Made by a program: the position numbers and the translations under genes. The notes under the pieces are model-generated. The model was not told the origin of the DNA and searched no databases. It worked only from the letters and a program-made list of their open reading frames with translations. From Macrostomum lignano (lineage: Eukaryota), in assembly GCA_002269645.1 (NCBI GenBank), contig NIVC01000093.1, positions 496,001 to 560,000 of the forward strand: 64,000 bases of DNA, written 5' to 3'. This document shows positions 10,156 to 23,200 of the stretch, piece by piece; position 1 is the first letter of the stretch, and each line of letters opens with the position of its first letter.

Positions 10156-10487
10156 CGACGCGTCGGCCGTTCAGGGACTAGCGGAATGGGCGCCCGCGCC
10201 TTCCCGCTGTGTCCCCTCCGGGACAGCCCTGCAGCTAAGTCAAGTCAAGCTCCTTCCGAGGCTATAACGTGAATTTAAACAACGATAACACCGGAGTTAG
10301 ATCTCGAAATAATATCAAAAAAGCAAACAAGTATATGCGAATCCATATTTTTTGATGGAAACAACATCCATTCGGCTAAAACTCAACCAACTTAGAGAGA
10401 GCTTCATAGTTCATATTGTGTGTCAAGCTATATTGCTAAGATATCTAAATAAAATTTCTGGTGGCAAAAAATCGATGCTTGTTTGTT

Positions 10488-12402
10488 GGGTCTGGGGTTA
10501 TCCTCACTAAATCAAGTACACTGAGTACAGGTGTGACAGAACTTTGAAAATACAGACAAAAATATAATTAGTGGATCTGGGGTTATCCTCACTAAATCAA
10601 GTACACTGAGTACAGGTGTGACAGAACTTTGAAAATACAGACAAAAATATAATTAGTGGATCTGGGGTTATCTTCACTAAATCAAGTACACTGAGTACAG
10701 GTGAGACAGAACGTTGAAAATACAGACAAAAATATAATTAATTGTCTTGAGGTTATCCTCACTAAATCAAGTACACTGAGTACAGGTGTGACAGAACTTT
10801 GAAAATACAGACAAAAATATAATTAGTGGATCTGGGGTTATCTTCAATAAATCAAGTACACTGAGTACAGGTGCGACAGAACGTTGAAAATACAGACAAA
10901 AATATAATTAGTGGGTCTGGGGTTATCTTCACTAAATCAAGTACACTGAGTACAGGTGAGACAGAACGTTGAAAATACAGACAAAAATATAATTAGTGGG
11001 TCTGGGGTTATCTTCACTAAATCAAGTACACTGAGTACAGGTGAGACAGAACGTTGAAAATACAGACAAAAATATAATTAGTGGGTCTGGGGTTATCTTC
11101 AATAAATCAAGTACACTGAGTACAGGTGCGACAGAACGTTGAAAATACAGACAAAAATATAATTAGTGGGTCTGGGGTTATCTTCACTAAATCAAGTACA
11201 CTGAGTACAGGTGAGACAGAACGTTGAAAATACAGACAAAAATATAATTAGTGGGTCTGGGGTTATCTTCACTAAATCAAGTACACTGAGTACAGGTGAG
11301 ACAGAACGTTGAAAATACAGACAAAAATATAATTAGTGTTTCTGGGGTTATCTTCAATAAATCAAGTACACTGAGTACAGGTGAGACAGAACGTTGAAAA
11401 TACAGACAAAAATGTAATTAATTGTCTTGAGGTTATCCTCACTAAATCAAGTACACTGAGTACAGGTGAGACAGAACGTTGAAAATACAGACAAAAATAT
11501 AATTAGTGTTTCTGGGGTTATCTTCAATAAATCAAGTACACTGAGTACAGGTGAGACAGAACGTTGAAAATACAGACAAAAATATAATTAATTGTCTTGA
11601 GGTTATCCTCACTAAATCAAGTACACTGAGTACAGGTGAGACAGAACGTTGAAAATACAGACAAAAATATAATTAGTGGGTCTGGGGTTATCTTCACTAA
11701 ATCAAGTACACTGAGTACAGGTGAGACAGAACGTTGAAAATACAGACAAAAATATAATTAGTGTTTCTGGGGTTATCTTCAATAAATCAAGTACACTGAG
11801 TACAGGTGAGACAGAACGTTGAAAATACAGACAAAAATGTAATTATTTGTCTTGAGGTTATCCTCACTAAATCAAGTACATGGAGTACAGGTGTGACAGA
11901 ACTTTGAAAATACAGACAAAAATATAATTAGTGGATCTGGGGTTATCTTCAATAAATCAAGTACACTGAGTACAGGTGCGACAGAACGTTGAAAATACAG
12001 ACAAAAATATAATTAGTGGGTCTGGGGTTATCTTCAATAAATCAAGTACACTGAGTACAGGTGCGACAGAACGTTGAAAATACAGACAAAAATATAATTA
12101 GTGGGTCTGGGGTTATCTTCACTAAATCAAGTACACTGAGTACAGGTGAGACAGAACGTTGAAAATACAGACAAAAATATAATTAGTGGGTCTGGGGTTA
12201 TCTTCACTAAATCAAGTACACTGAGTACAGGTGAGACAGAACGTTGAAAATACAGACAAAAATATAATTAGTGTTTCTGGGGTTATCTTCAATAAATCAA
12301 GTACACTGAGTACAGGTGAGACAGAACGTTGAAAATACAGACAAAAATGTAATTAATTGTCTTGAGGTTATCCTCACTAAATCAAGTACATGGAGTACAG
12401 GT
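10488..12402. repeat. 85-bp tandem satellite, about 22 copies, with variant sub-blocks
   Basis: Unit tggggttatcctcactaaatcaagtacactgagtacaggtgtgacagaactttgaaaatacagacaaaaatataattagtggatc, with period 85 measured between ggtta ends at 10500, 10585 and 10670. A degenerate extra unit runs to about 12490. Confidence 0.97.
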
Positions 12403-14176
12403 AGCTACGATTAGAACGATAAAGACAGACAATAATTTATAATTTATGGACTGGGGCATCTTATTTTGAAATCAATGTTACTGAGTAGTATGGGTACATG
12501 CTATAAAACTGTTAATGCAACACAAAATAAAGAGATTTAAAAAAAAGAAGTAGCGCAATGGACTCGGTTATCAAACAAATATAATTTCAACAATTGAGAA
12601 TTGACAGTTAAAATATTGAAATATAGATCATACTATCTGCATACCTACCTACCCACATACAGACAACTTATTTTTAGTATTTTATATTGCTAATCAGTTT
12701 ATTCAAGGAGTACAATGATGACTCCTCTTTATTCTAATTTTCCCGAGTCTTTCATTTCATTTATTTTTCTAAATTTCTATGCCCCAATAATAACTAACTA
12801 AAATAAGTAAAAAAAGGCGCCTGAGCCACTGAACAGGCTCTTACGCCACTAGGAAAAAATTAGATTCCAGGCTGGGAGTGTACTCAGGTACACTAAGCTT
12901 CTAAATTAGACCATAGGAGACTGTGACCAATCAAGCCGAGCAGGCGACACCAGTCGGGCTGAGGGCCCTACCCCCAGCTGTCGGGGCGTCACACCTACCT
13001 ACTCCAAACTCAAAACTAAACCTCCCCGGGGGTAGAGGGGGTTGAGTGAACCAATCAGGGCAGCCCGTGCCTACTCCTGGGATAGTGTAGTCCAATAATG
13101 GTCATAAAGACCTCCCCACGGCCGTGGCTACCCTCGAGGAGCCTCCCCACCCACTAAACCCCGGATACACTTTGCCAGACAGTATCTTATCTTTGAAGCG
13201 GCAGGAGGGCTGGCTATTCGCCGGGACTATTTCACCCTTTGCTTCGCTAACCCGCCATTTTTATAGTGGCCGTGCCAACGGCCTCGTCCTGCTCAGACTC
13301 AGTCCTGGTTTTGGCACACTCCAGCTTAAAGCTAGCCGTTCACCAGAGGACACTCCGAGGGAGACCGTCAGAGCATCAACTGGAACGAGTATAGGCCTGC
13401 CTTCCTATACAGCTACCCACAGCCCTTCCTGATCGACTATTATCCTCCAACCCAGCCTACTAACTCATTACAAGCTTTCAGCCAGGCAGAGACAAGTGTC
13501 ACAGGGGTACTGCGGTTAGGCGTCTCTATGCGAGACAAAACCAGTCCCAATAATAAACAGTAGTCAAAAAATCTGCTTTCTCCATAGCCTAATACTTCAA
13601 ACTAACCCAACTCTAATATTTCTTCAAGACCAAACTACTAACAGTAGAAGCCAAAGAAAAACTGACATCAGGAAGTTCTATTCCAAAGAAAGGAGCCCAG
13701 CTTACTTCAGGATGAATACTGACTCCACCTTGCAGACCCTCTAATAGACCGAGTGTACTATAGCGTTGTACATGTACTAAAAAACTATTAACAACTCAAA
13801 AACTGCTTCCAATCTCACAAAATTTGTAATATTTTATCGCTATTTAATCGTCCGAAATAAATTGCTCAAAATTTTGAAGCATCACGCCTTCTTACTACCG
13901 GTAGTCCTTCCATTTGCCATTGTCTTCCGTCTGATTCTTCGCATGGTGCCGAGATCACAACAGAACCACCGCGTTTCGCCTTGCCTTCTTGTACCTTTCA
14001 AGCGTCCGCATCGAGAAGCTCCTCAGCTGGTCCTGGTTCGGGCCGATCCACGGCCTCCTCACCCTGCTGATCGAGCTGGCGCTGCCGCTTCTGAACAATT
14101 CTGAGGTGCACAGCGTGCATCTCTCTGTAGTTACGATTGATTTCTTCCGGATCAACGTAAACGGGGCCCATGTCCA

Positions 14177-15881
14177 TCACGACGGCTGGCACACATCGTC
14201 TCTGTACTTTTTGTTCAGTACGATTAAGACTAAGAAGCTGGCAGCGCAGTCAACTGTGGCAGACAGATCGATCAGCGGCACAGAATAGTCTGGCAGTAAC
14301 TTAAACAAGTTGAAAGTAACGCAAACCATTCCAGGCAGCTCGAAGACAATGAAAACGACAGCGAGTCCCAGTACGATGTGCGTGGCGAGCAGATGGCTGG
14401 CGGCGTGAGCCTCGGCCTGGGCGGCGTCAACCTCGCCCGGTGGTCTGTTCCGTTGAATGAACAGCTTCAAAGCGGTGGCAACGGTAGTCAAGAAGATCAC
14501 AATGATGGGTACGTATGTCTGCGGAGTTCGAGTGAGGTGCATTTGCACCTCCAACAGAAGGTACTCGCTACCATTAAGGAAAACGTTCCAGATGACGTAA
14601 GTCCCAGTCACAGAGATGAGCACGATCAGCATCACCACGACGAAGGCGTAACGTTGAAAGCGGCTCGTAATCCACTGCTGGAACAGGAACGGCTTGAAGG
14701 TGGCGAAGCAGCGGAACCCGCTGAGGCAGGCAGTCCACATGTTCCTGAGAGACAGGCTGTACGAAACCAGACAGTAGAGCAGCTGAAAGGAACAAACCCA
14801 CGGTTTTTTCCTATTTGCATGAATCATCTACTCGAATATGAAGTTGCTAATAAGCATATCAGGCTTTAATTTCGTGGAAACTTCTAACGACTTCTAAGAT
14901 AGCATATAGAGGCAGCTATAAGCGTATGCCCGAAGCTGTAGGAAAAATCACTGGAAAATTCTTGAAACAAATCACTGGAACAGTCGAAAATTTTACAGCT
15001 TTTTTGGCGTCCCAGCTATTCCATGTTTTTAGGTAGAGGGTTAGGGGGTCCTGTATATTGTTGTGTTGAGAAAGTCAGACTGAATTTAGGGGTACACACG
15101 AACTTAGCCCAAGTTGGCCTACCGACTGGTATATTTATACTTATATATTCATTTAGCTGCGACAGATCAATATCGGAAAACAGATGTACATAGCATATGT
15201 ACATATCTGCAAACCAACTACACAACATATATAAGTCGAGATTTTATTCGGATAATGGAGCCTGACTGAGGCCCCTACCCAGAGGGGGTTACAAGACGTA
15301 GGCGGGTCTGTAGATGTTCGAAGATTCAGCTGAATCGACAGCGACACCACGCCCTTCTGTAATTCGTCTTCATTGCCTCTGAGCCCACGACGGCCCCGAA
15401 GCTTCCAGGCCTGACATGCCTTCTAGAATGACAATGTCTAAAAAGTGGCTCGAAGACGTCAGGGGATTTAGAGATGATGATAACCTGAATTAAGCGGTTA
15501 AAACTTAACTATATATCTTCCGAGAGCGCATGTATGCACATTGAAACGAAAAAACGCTCATGTGAAATTCGGACTCACTTCGAACATGATGCCTCCTTCT
15601 TCTGTCTTCTCTGTCACTACAAGCACTATATCGTAAATTGCGTAGCAACAGATGGACACCGTGAAAACCATATTGCTTATTTGCATTAGATACAGGCCTG
15701 AGTTGACTTGCTGAGCCATTTGTGTTCGATTGTTCTTCAACAACATCACCGACATAACACCGTTCAGCAGACCAACAATGGCCAAAGGAATGTTGATCCC
15801 GCGAACGAGTATGTAACCGTTGGTGTACGTTGCGTTCGGTATTGTCTCGTTCATCATTTCCACAGGATTTAGTAACGGCAA
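14177..15881 (-). CDS. Rhodopsin-like (class A) 7TM GPCR, 2 exons, about 302 aa
   Basis: Exon 1 is 15881-15579 (N-terminal NET/NAT sequons, TM1-TM2; donor gaa|gtgagt, phase 0). Exon 2 is 14782-14177 (acceptor tcctttcag|ctg, phase 0; TM3 ending LSGFRCFAT at the DRY position, TM4-TM7 with FIVFELP, and helix 8 LNKKYR). The subfamily is not identified. Confidence 0.8.
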
Positions 15882-17139
15882 AGTTCTCTAGTTTTAGACA
15901 TTACGGTGTTATCAACTTGAGCTTCTCTTGTGCTACTGCTTGGCTCCTCGGGGGATGGCGCTTGAGTTTTAATGCACCCGACAATCTCTGAACGAGCGGG
16001 CTGGGGTTGTACCCGATCGCTAATACCCCGATTGGCTGGTCTCGTCCGTTGTCATGTCTGCGCGTCTGGCCCGAAAAACCTTCACTATTGGGTGCTAAAA
16101 AATCTACGGTTGTCTATCTCTTGGAGAGTCCGGGTTAGGCTCGCTGATTGGCCAATCGGTGAGGTATATGTGGCTCACCATCCGAGCATATCCACCTCTA
16201 GTCCAGCTCAGCACTTCCCCGTCCACACTCATGCTATGCATGGGTCTCTAAATTGTGACCCGCCCAATTCAAGTAAGAGGGCTAGCAAGCTGCTTCGTGG
16301 GGCTGCGTCGAACCATGCTGGGAGGGGGGAGTGAAAGGGCTGGCTAGCAGATAACTGAATCCCAAATGTGTCAATGCATCAATGGACTCCCAAATCCGAA
16401 GTTGTCGAAAGTACACATTTTGTAAGCGATTAAAGGCTGCACCTAATGCACAGAATCAGTACACCCCTGACTACGATGACATCCCCTGGCAACGCCTTCG
16501 ACGACATCCGTCCCACAAATTAGCGCTGAGGCAATTCTGCTCATTCCGCTGACTCCAAGCGCGCAAATACTGTACGCAGGCGCGCACTCATACACACGCT
16601 CACACAGGGGGTACAGCGGACTTGAATTTCTAATCGTAAGGATGTACACTCTGTGCCTCGGGGGGGGGGGGGGTTTGGCCCTCAGTGGGTGTGAATTGTG
16701 TGCTGTGTGAAGTCCCAAATAAATTTTCCGCCTCTGTCCATGCGGGCCGGGTACGGGACTGCCCAGAGCTTGCCGGGTATGATAAGCGGGAGAGCGGCGA
16801 CCCCCGAGGCGTACAGATACTTCGGGGCGGAAGTGGAGGGGCTGGGAGCGTACAGACACTCGTCCAGCCCTACGGCAAGAGGGAGGTGCTGATGAGGAGG
16901 CTGCGAGCAAGTAGCCACTCAGCAGGAAGCAGCAGCAGTGGTGAACACGAGACTGAAGGCGTTTGGACACCTTGCAGACCCGAATAAAGACTGTGATGAG
17001 AGAAGAATTTGGAAGATGAAAAATTTTAAATGACAAGTAGACACAGTCTTACACTGTCACTTGACGCGCTTATACAGGGGCTAAGCCATGCAGGGCTGTT
17101 GGGGGTGGGCAAAAATCACACAGTTAAAGGGCGAGAGAG

Positions 17140-17278
17140 AAAGAAGGGGGAGGCTAGCCAATCAGGTGCCTCCGCGGCGAGAGACATGATTGGACTGGCC
17201 CAAATGAGAGGGAAAGAAGGGGGAAGGTTAGCCAATCAGGTGCCTCCGCGGCGAGAGACATGATTGGACTGGCCCAAA
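17140..17278. repeat. Two direct copies (period 73) of a segment containing inverted CCAAT motifs
   Basis: agccaatcaggtgcctccgcggcgagagacatgattggactggcccaaa occurs at 17157 and 17230. Confidence 0.85.
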
Positions 17279-18751
17279 CGAAAAGAGAGAGAGACGAAAA
17301 GACGCCATGCAGCCAATGAAAATTAAAACAAGAAAGTAAAACGAAGAATGGCTGCTCAAGACGGAGGGGGCAGATCAGAATGAACCAGCCGCAGGGAGAG
17401 GAGAGACGAGAACGCAAGGGTGGGGCAAGGGCATTGTGAGACGCATTGGAACCAGCTCAAGGGCATTGAGCAACTTGGAACCAGCAGCCAAAAAGTTGTA
17501 GAAAGTATAATAGGATTCCAGGCACGGTTTTGAATGTTCCCGTCCATGTGCCTGCAATAGAGTGAAATAGAGTGAAGCCTGCGTCAGCTTTGGTCGATTC
17601 GCTTCAGATAATTTTTGAGACGTGGGACTTTCGTATCTTAGACATCGCCATCACGGTTGTGTGGGGCGAGTGTCAATGTGCCATCCTTTACGTTGACAAC
17701 ACGCCCCCCCCCGATAATTCCGTCCTTGCGGTACAACCTGAAATCCGTCAGCAGGCATAGGTAGGCTTCGTAGTGTATCGTGATTCAGCATTTATAAATT
17801 CAGTGGAGCTTGTGTAAACCCTTTTCAAGACGGTTAAGATCGTCACTCTCGGCCGTTTCAGTCGGATGGGTCGAATTCGGGCCATAGACACTTTCGAAAC
17901 GCTACATGTAAAAATCTGAACATTCGACATTTACGCGGATTGCACCACAGGAACCCTATGGGTTCAGAAGTTCTATAAACACAGGAGTTCCGATCGCCGG
18001 TCCAAAAAGAGGATAGTCCAGGAGGTGGATATGGTCGCTCGCCCGGTAGTCCTTAGGCAGTGGACGAGCTGGCGAAAATTCTCGGGCCTGAAAATGTCCG
18101 GAAAGAAAAATCTGTCCGTTTGGGCCGAGGTAGGTGAGCCTGTACTGAGTAACTACAGGCGGGGCATTCACGAGGCGTTTGACGGGGATTCACCTTCACT
18201 GACCAGCTCTACAAGAGCTCTAAGTCTCTAGGGACGTTTCTCTGGAACCTGCGGTACGTTAGCCTCCACATGCATGTACATACAGTAAGTGAAGTATGAG
18301 ACAGACTAGGCCTACGAGCTAAGGTCTGCGATGCTTCACGCCTGCCCCCATCTTCAGCAGGTCAAGGCTGGTGGGAGGTCTGCACCCTCTATTTGCCTCT
18401 GGCAGCCGCAGACTCCCCCACGCTGTCTCGCAAGTCGACCCAGGGGTACTCGTCCCCGCGTGTGTTCAAGGCAGACCCTAGGGCTGCTGGACAGACTGGG
18501 CTCCGGCGCTGGCGACCCTATCCAGTGGCTTCGGCCGAATTTGGGTATGCGGGTCTGGCTCACCAGCCTGCAGGCCGTGGTACTGCTTAACGTACCCTCT
18601 AATGCCTAAGGTGTTTGACCGTGCCGATGGGCTGGAAGGCCGGGGAGTAGTCCGGTCGCTAGCGGTCCTTTTTTCAAACCGGCTGGCTTGAGGTGTCGGC
18701 CAGTCGGGTACTCAACTCGCGTAACGAGTAGCCCTCCCCCGCTTTTCAGCT

Positions 18752-20280
18752 ATGGCCACTAACGCCACCATCTCTAAAGAAACTGACCCGGTCGCCTCTG
18801 GCTCACCGGGATCAGCCGCTCCGGTAGCTACCACTGGTAGCACCAACGCCCAACCTGGTCCAACCGGGCCAGCTGACGCTGCCGCCGATCACCCTGGCCG
18901 CCAGTCTAGCCGACCGCGCACGGCCGAGTCTCGACGACAGCGGAACATCCGCCGCAACCGTAAGCGGCAGGAGAAGCGGGCTGCTGCTGCGTCTGAGGAG
19001 GGCGGGCAAGCCGCGGTGAGGCCTTCGGGAGCCACCGCAGCGGGGAGGCCCTCTGGGGAGTCCGGTGGCGCGGCTGGGCCGTCAGGAACCGCCGTGTCCT
19101 CGGGCTCTCAGGGGGCAACCCTGCCGGCCTACCGCCTTCCAAAGACAAAGCGGCCCCGCTCAAGACCTCCGAGTCCTACGCCTCCAAGGTCAAGCAGCCG
19201 CTGCAACCCGCCGTGATGATCCTCGGCGGGGATTTCGACCTGACGCCCGAGCAGCTCGACGTCGCGTGGCGTACCATCGACGAGGGCTTGCTCAATCTAA
19301 CCCTGGAGGGCGTCTTCGTGGACATCGTCAAGTCCACCAAGGCGAACGGGTGCATCCTACTGTGGTGCAAATCCGAGGAGAGCACCCAGCTCCTGCGGGA
19401 TCAGCTGCCCAAGTTCGACTGGCACAGCGACCTGGGCCAGCTGACCTTCGCCTTGGAGAGCGAGCGGCCGAAGATCATCCGCCATCGGATTTGGGTCCCG
19501 GCCGACAGTGCAATCAAGTCCGGGGAGCAGCTGCGGCAGCTCCTGCTCAAGCGGCACCCGGATCGCGACGCCAGTGGTCTTGTGTACAACAGCACGGTCC
19601 GCAAGGGCACGACCGGGGCCACAGTCATCCTCGGCCTGACGGAGGGATGGGCCAAGCGGCTACCGCACGGCACAAACCTCCACCTTGGTCTCCATCAACT
19701 GACCATCCTCCGCTGTGAGGAGGGCAAGGTGGAGACCAAGAAAGACGGGAAGCGCGCCGCTCCCGGAGCTGGGGCTCATGCCCCGCCGGCCAAGCGGCAG
19801 CAGCAACCCGATCCCGAGCCTAACAAGGCTATTCGCGCTGCTGAGTCCGCCTCGCGCGGACGTAGACCCGCCCGCAGTAGCCGGCGGTCCGGTCTAATCC
19901 AGCGCGCACTTGACGAAGCTCAGTCTCTGAGACTTCACCTCGAGCAGACTCGTGCCGCTCGCAAAAACACTGAAAGCCAGCCGAGGGAACTGGACGACGG
20001 CACGGCTCAGCCTTCCAACTGGTGGGATTACCACCAGGAGGACGCTGCCGGCCGAGCTCAGACTCCCGACGGCGGGGCGCAAGGCGAAGGCAGCAGCCGT
20101 ACCCCAGTCGCTGGGGAGGAGGGCGGTGTAGCGCGGCTAGGTGACTCACCTGCCGTGGGCGCCGTGTCCGCCTCCGCGGCGGCTGGGGAGGCGGCTGAGC
20201 CTGAGCCAATGGAAATTGGCGACTCAACTCTCACCGATGAGGCTGAGAATGAGTTGCTTTTCTCCTCCCCTGGACAGTAG
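18752..20280 (+). pseudogene. LINE copy B ORF1 (split by one frameshift)
   Basis: ORF 18752..19216 (basic RRQRNIRRNRKRQEKR) and ORF 19213..20280 (VMILGG..AWRTID..LVYNSTVRK..VILGL..W) are homologous to copy A ORF1. The frame switch lies near 19140-19170. Confidence 0.75.
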
Positions 20281-20282
20281 AC

Positions 20283-23200
20283 ATGACTGTCTCCCAGGGC
20301 ATCCACTGCTTGCAGGTCAACCTGCAGCACAGCATTGCTGCTTCAGTCAACCTCTTGAAGCACACTGACCAATACGTGCCAGGGATTATCCTTATCCAGG
20401 AACCTTGGACGCTTAGGGGCAGCCCCCAACATGTCCCCACCGGCTACCAGTGTTTAACCGCTGGTACCCGGGAGGGAAACCTGGCACCAAGATCCTGCAT
20501 CATGGTGTCCAATTCTATTAACGCATGGCTTAGATCAGACCTGTCCACCAGGGACATCTGTGTCATCCAGTCTGAAGACATACTCCCTGGGAGGACTACC
20601 CTCATCGCCTCGGTTTACCTACCGGGCGACGGCGAGATGATCCCAGTAGAGCTTGTCACACTGGTCGAGCTCTGCTCCACCAGAAACTATGAGCTGCTCG
20701 TGGCAGGTGACATCAATGCCCACCACACCCACTGGGGCAGTTCTGATATAAACCAGAGAGGTGAAGACTTCCTGGCTTATATTGCTACTACAACCCTTGA
20801 GTTCTGTAACTCGGGTAGTACCCCTACCTTCAATAACGGACGCCGATCGGAGGTGCTGGATGCCACCCTCGCCACGCCCAGGCTCTTCCAGAGCACTAGG
20901 GAGTGGCGGGTGCTTCCTGAGGCGTCCCTCTCCGATCACAAGTTCATCTCTTTCACGCTGGCCAGCGCCCGTAACGCAGGCCAGCTTTACTGGAAACGGA
21001 ATGCTAGGAATACCGACTGGACCGCCTTCAGGCTTGCCCTGGAGGAGACCTATCGTTGCACTAGCACTCCAGTCTCCATCAACACCTGCGAAGAAGCAGA
21101 TGAATTTGCGGCCGCACTTACGGACTCGCTCACTGCTGCCTTCGAAGCCTCATGCCCACTAAAGGAATATAAAGGCAAACAGTCGGCCCCATGGTGGAAC
21201 CCGCAGCTTGGCGACCTCCGTCGCAGAGCCAAAAGGCTTCACCGCAGGGCCCAAAAAACTAAAAACCCGGCCGACCAAACCGCCTACCTGAACTCTATCC
21301 ACGAGTTCAAGAGGCAGGTTAGGAACGCCAAAACCAAGTGGCGCGAATACTGTGAGGAACTTGAGGGCTCCCGCCCCACCTCCAGAATCGTTAAAGCCCT
21401 CACCCTGGACAAAATGTCCAAACTCTCCTCAGTCAAGAGAGCCGACGGCTCGCTCACTGAGAACCCAGGAGAAACACTGGAAGCGATGCTAACAGCGTTT
21501 TTCCCGAACGAGCCAGCCAGGCCCGACCCCCCCTGACCACTCAGTGGGCGGACACGCACTGGCTGACTCAATCATCACGGAGGACCGCGTTATTAAAGCT
21601 GTCTCCTCCTTCAAACCCTTCAAATCCCCAGGACCGGACGGCGTTGTGCCAGCCTTCCTGCGGGAGGCGGTGAAATGCACCGGTTTCCTGCGGAACCTTT
21701 GCCGGCTTCTGAAAGCTTGCATTGTGCTCGGCTTTGTTCCGAAATCCTGGACCGAGGCCAAGGTGGTCTTTATCCCCAAGCCTGGCCGACCGGACTACCG
21801 GTCCATTAAATCCTTCAGACCAATTAGCCTCACCTCCTCATTGGTGAAGCTGTTAGAGAGACTGGTGCTCTGGCGCCTCCTCTCTGTGGAACTGAAGAAC
21901 AAGCCGCTCAGTGAGAACCAGCATGCCTTTCGGGCAGGCAGGTCCACGGAGAGCGCGCTTCACGTTCTGGTTGACATGCTGGAGAAAGCCGTTCTTGGTA
22001 ATGGCTACGCTCTCGCTGTCTTCCTCGACATTGTTGGAGCCTTTGATAACGTCCTCTTTGAGGCTTTTGACAGAGCTCTACGTGCTAGAGGAACCCACTC
22101 GCACCTCACCCGGTGGATCATGTATATGATCAGCCACCGTACTGCCACCGCACACCTGTTGGGCCACCAACGGACGGTAACCGTCTGCAAAGGCAGCCCC
22201 CAGGGCGGTGTCCTCTCTCCTGTTCTCTGGAACATGGTCATCGATGAGCTCCTCCAGGACAGCCATCTTGACCCCATCCTCAAGGTCGGTTACGCCGATG
22301 ATGTCACAGCCGTGGCATCCGGACCGTCACCTGAAACCCTTAGAGATCTTTTGCAAAACTTCATTCGCTCTGCTGAACGTTAGGCGGACAGGTGCGGCCT
22401 CAGGCTCTCCGAGACCAAAACTGTCGCGATCATGTTCACCAGCAGGGTAAACTGGCGTATTCGCCCACTAAAGCTTTACGGGGTGGAAATTCCATCCTGC
22501 AAGCAAACCAAGTGTCTCGGCGTTACGCTGGACCACCGGCTGAGCTGGTCCACCCACGTCCAGGCCAAAACCAAAAAAGCCCTCGCGATTCTTGCGCAGC
22601 TGCGCAGAGCCGTCGGCACCACCTGGGGCCTCACCCCAAAGCGGCTCTGGTGGATCTATACCGCAATGGTCCGACCGGCCGTTACTTACGCCGGCCTGGT
22701 CTGGACCAGCGCCTTGCAGATTAAAACCTGCCACGAAGCCCTCAAAAAGGTGCAGGGACGTGCGTGCCGCACGATCCTGAATGCCCCGCTCTCTGCTCCC
22801 TTTGACGGCCTCAACGCCTTTCTCTGCCTCCCGCCTCTGGACATCTTTGTCCGTCGCGAGGCTGCTAAAACCACCCGCCGGCTCATCGAGGCTGGTGTTA
22901 GCTTCAAGCCACAAAGAGCGATGGCGAAGCGCAAGCTCCTGCCGCACTCTGACCTGTGCCTTAAAGTTCTGGAGGAGAGTGGGAGTGCGGCTGTCCTTTC
23001 GGACGCTGAACCGCGCTCCCTCAATCTCTACCAACGCTTCAAGGTCACGATCCCCTCCAGGGAGAACGCCAACGACAGCTGGGCCCCTCAGGAGGTTCAC
23101 TGCTTCACTGACGGATCCTCCAAAGACGGTTTATCCGGCTTTGGAGTCTGTATCCTTATCAACGGCCGCGTGATTGCTACTCACGCCCAACACACTGGCA

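Larger units (their letters stand above)
4378..10249 (+). mobile_element. Full-length R1/LOA-type LINE copy A (ORF1 + APE-RT-RNaseH ORF2), frameshifted
   Basis: It has a structured 5' leader, ORF1, an ORF2 with QINLQH..IQEPW (APE), YADD (RT), YTDGS..SDSQAAL..WVPGH (RNase H) and C-x2-C..H..C, and an (AGTCA)n tail at 10237-10249. Probable TSD gctccttccg at 4347-4356 and 10249-10258. Confidence 0.93.

Noticed and set aside
10488-12402. Regular repeats as a CRISPR array (also considered for the other 29-60-bp arrays)
   Set aside because: The units are head-to-tail near-identical with no unique spacers, there are no cas genes, and the context is eukaryotic and intron-rich.
12922-13503. Solo LTR (tgtgac...gtcaca with a minus-strand TATAAAA near 13260)
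   Set aside because: No TSD (gagac / ggggt) and no recognisable coding flanks.
16421-17053. Solo LTR (tgtaag...cttaca, AATAAA at about 16984)
   Set aside because: There is only a 6-bp terminal match and the flanks (cattt / ctgtc) give no TSD. It may be a TE remnant but cannot be supported.
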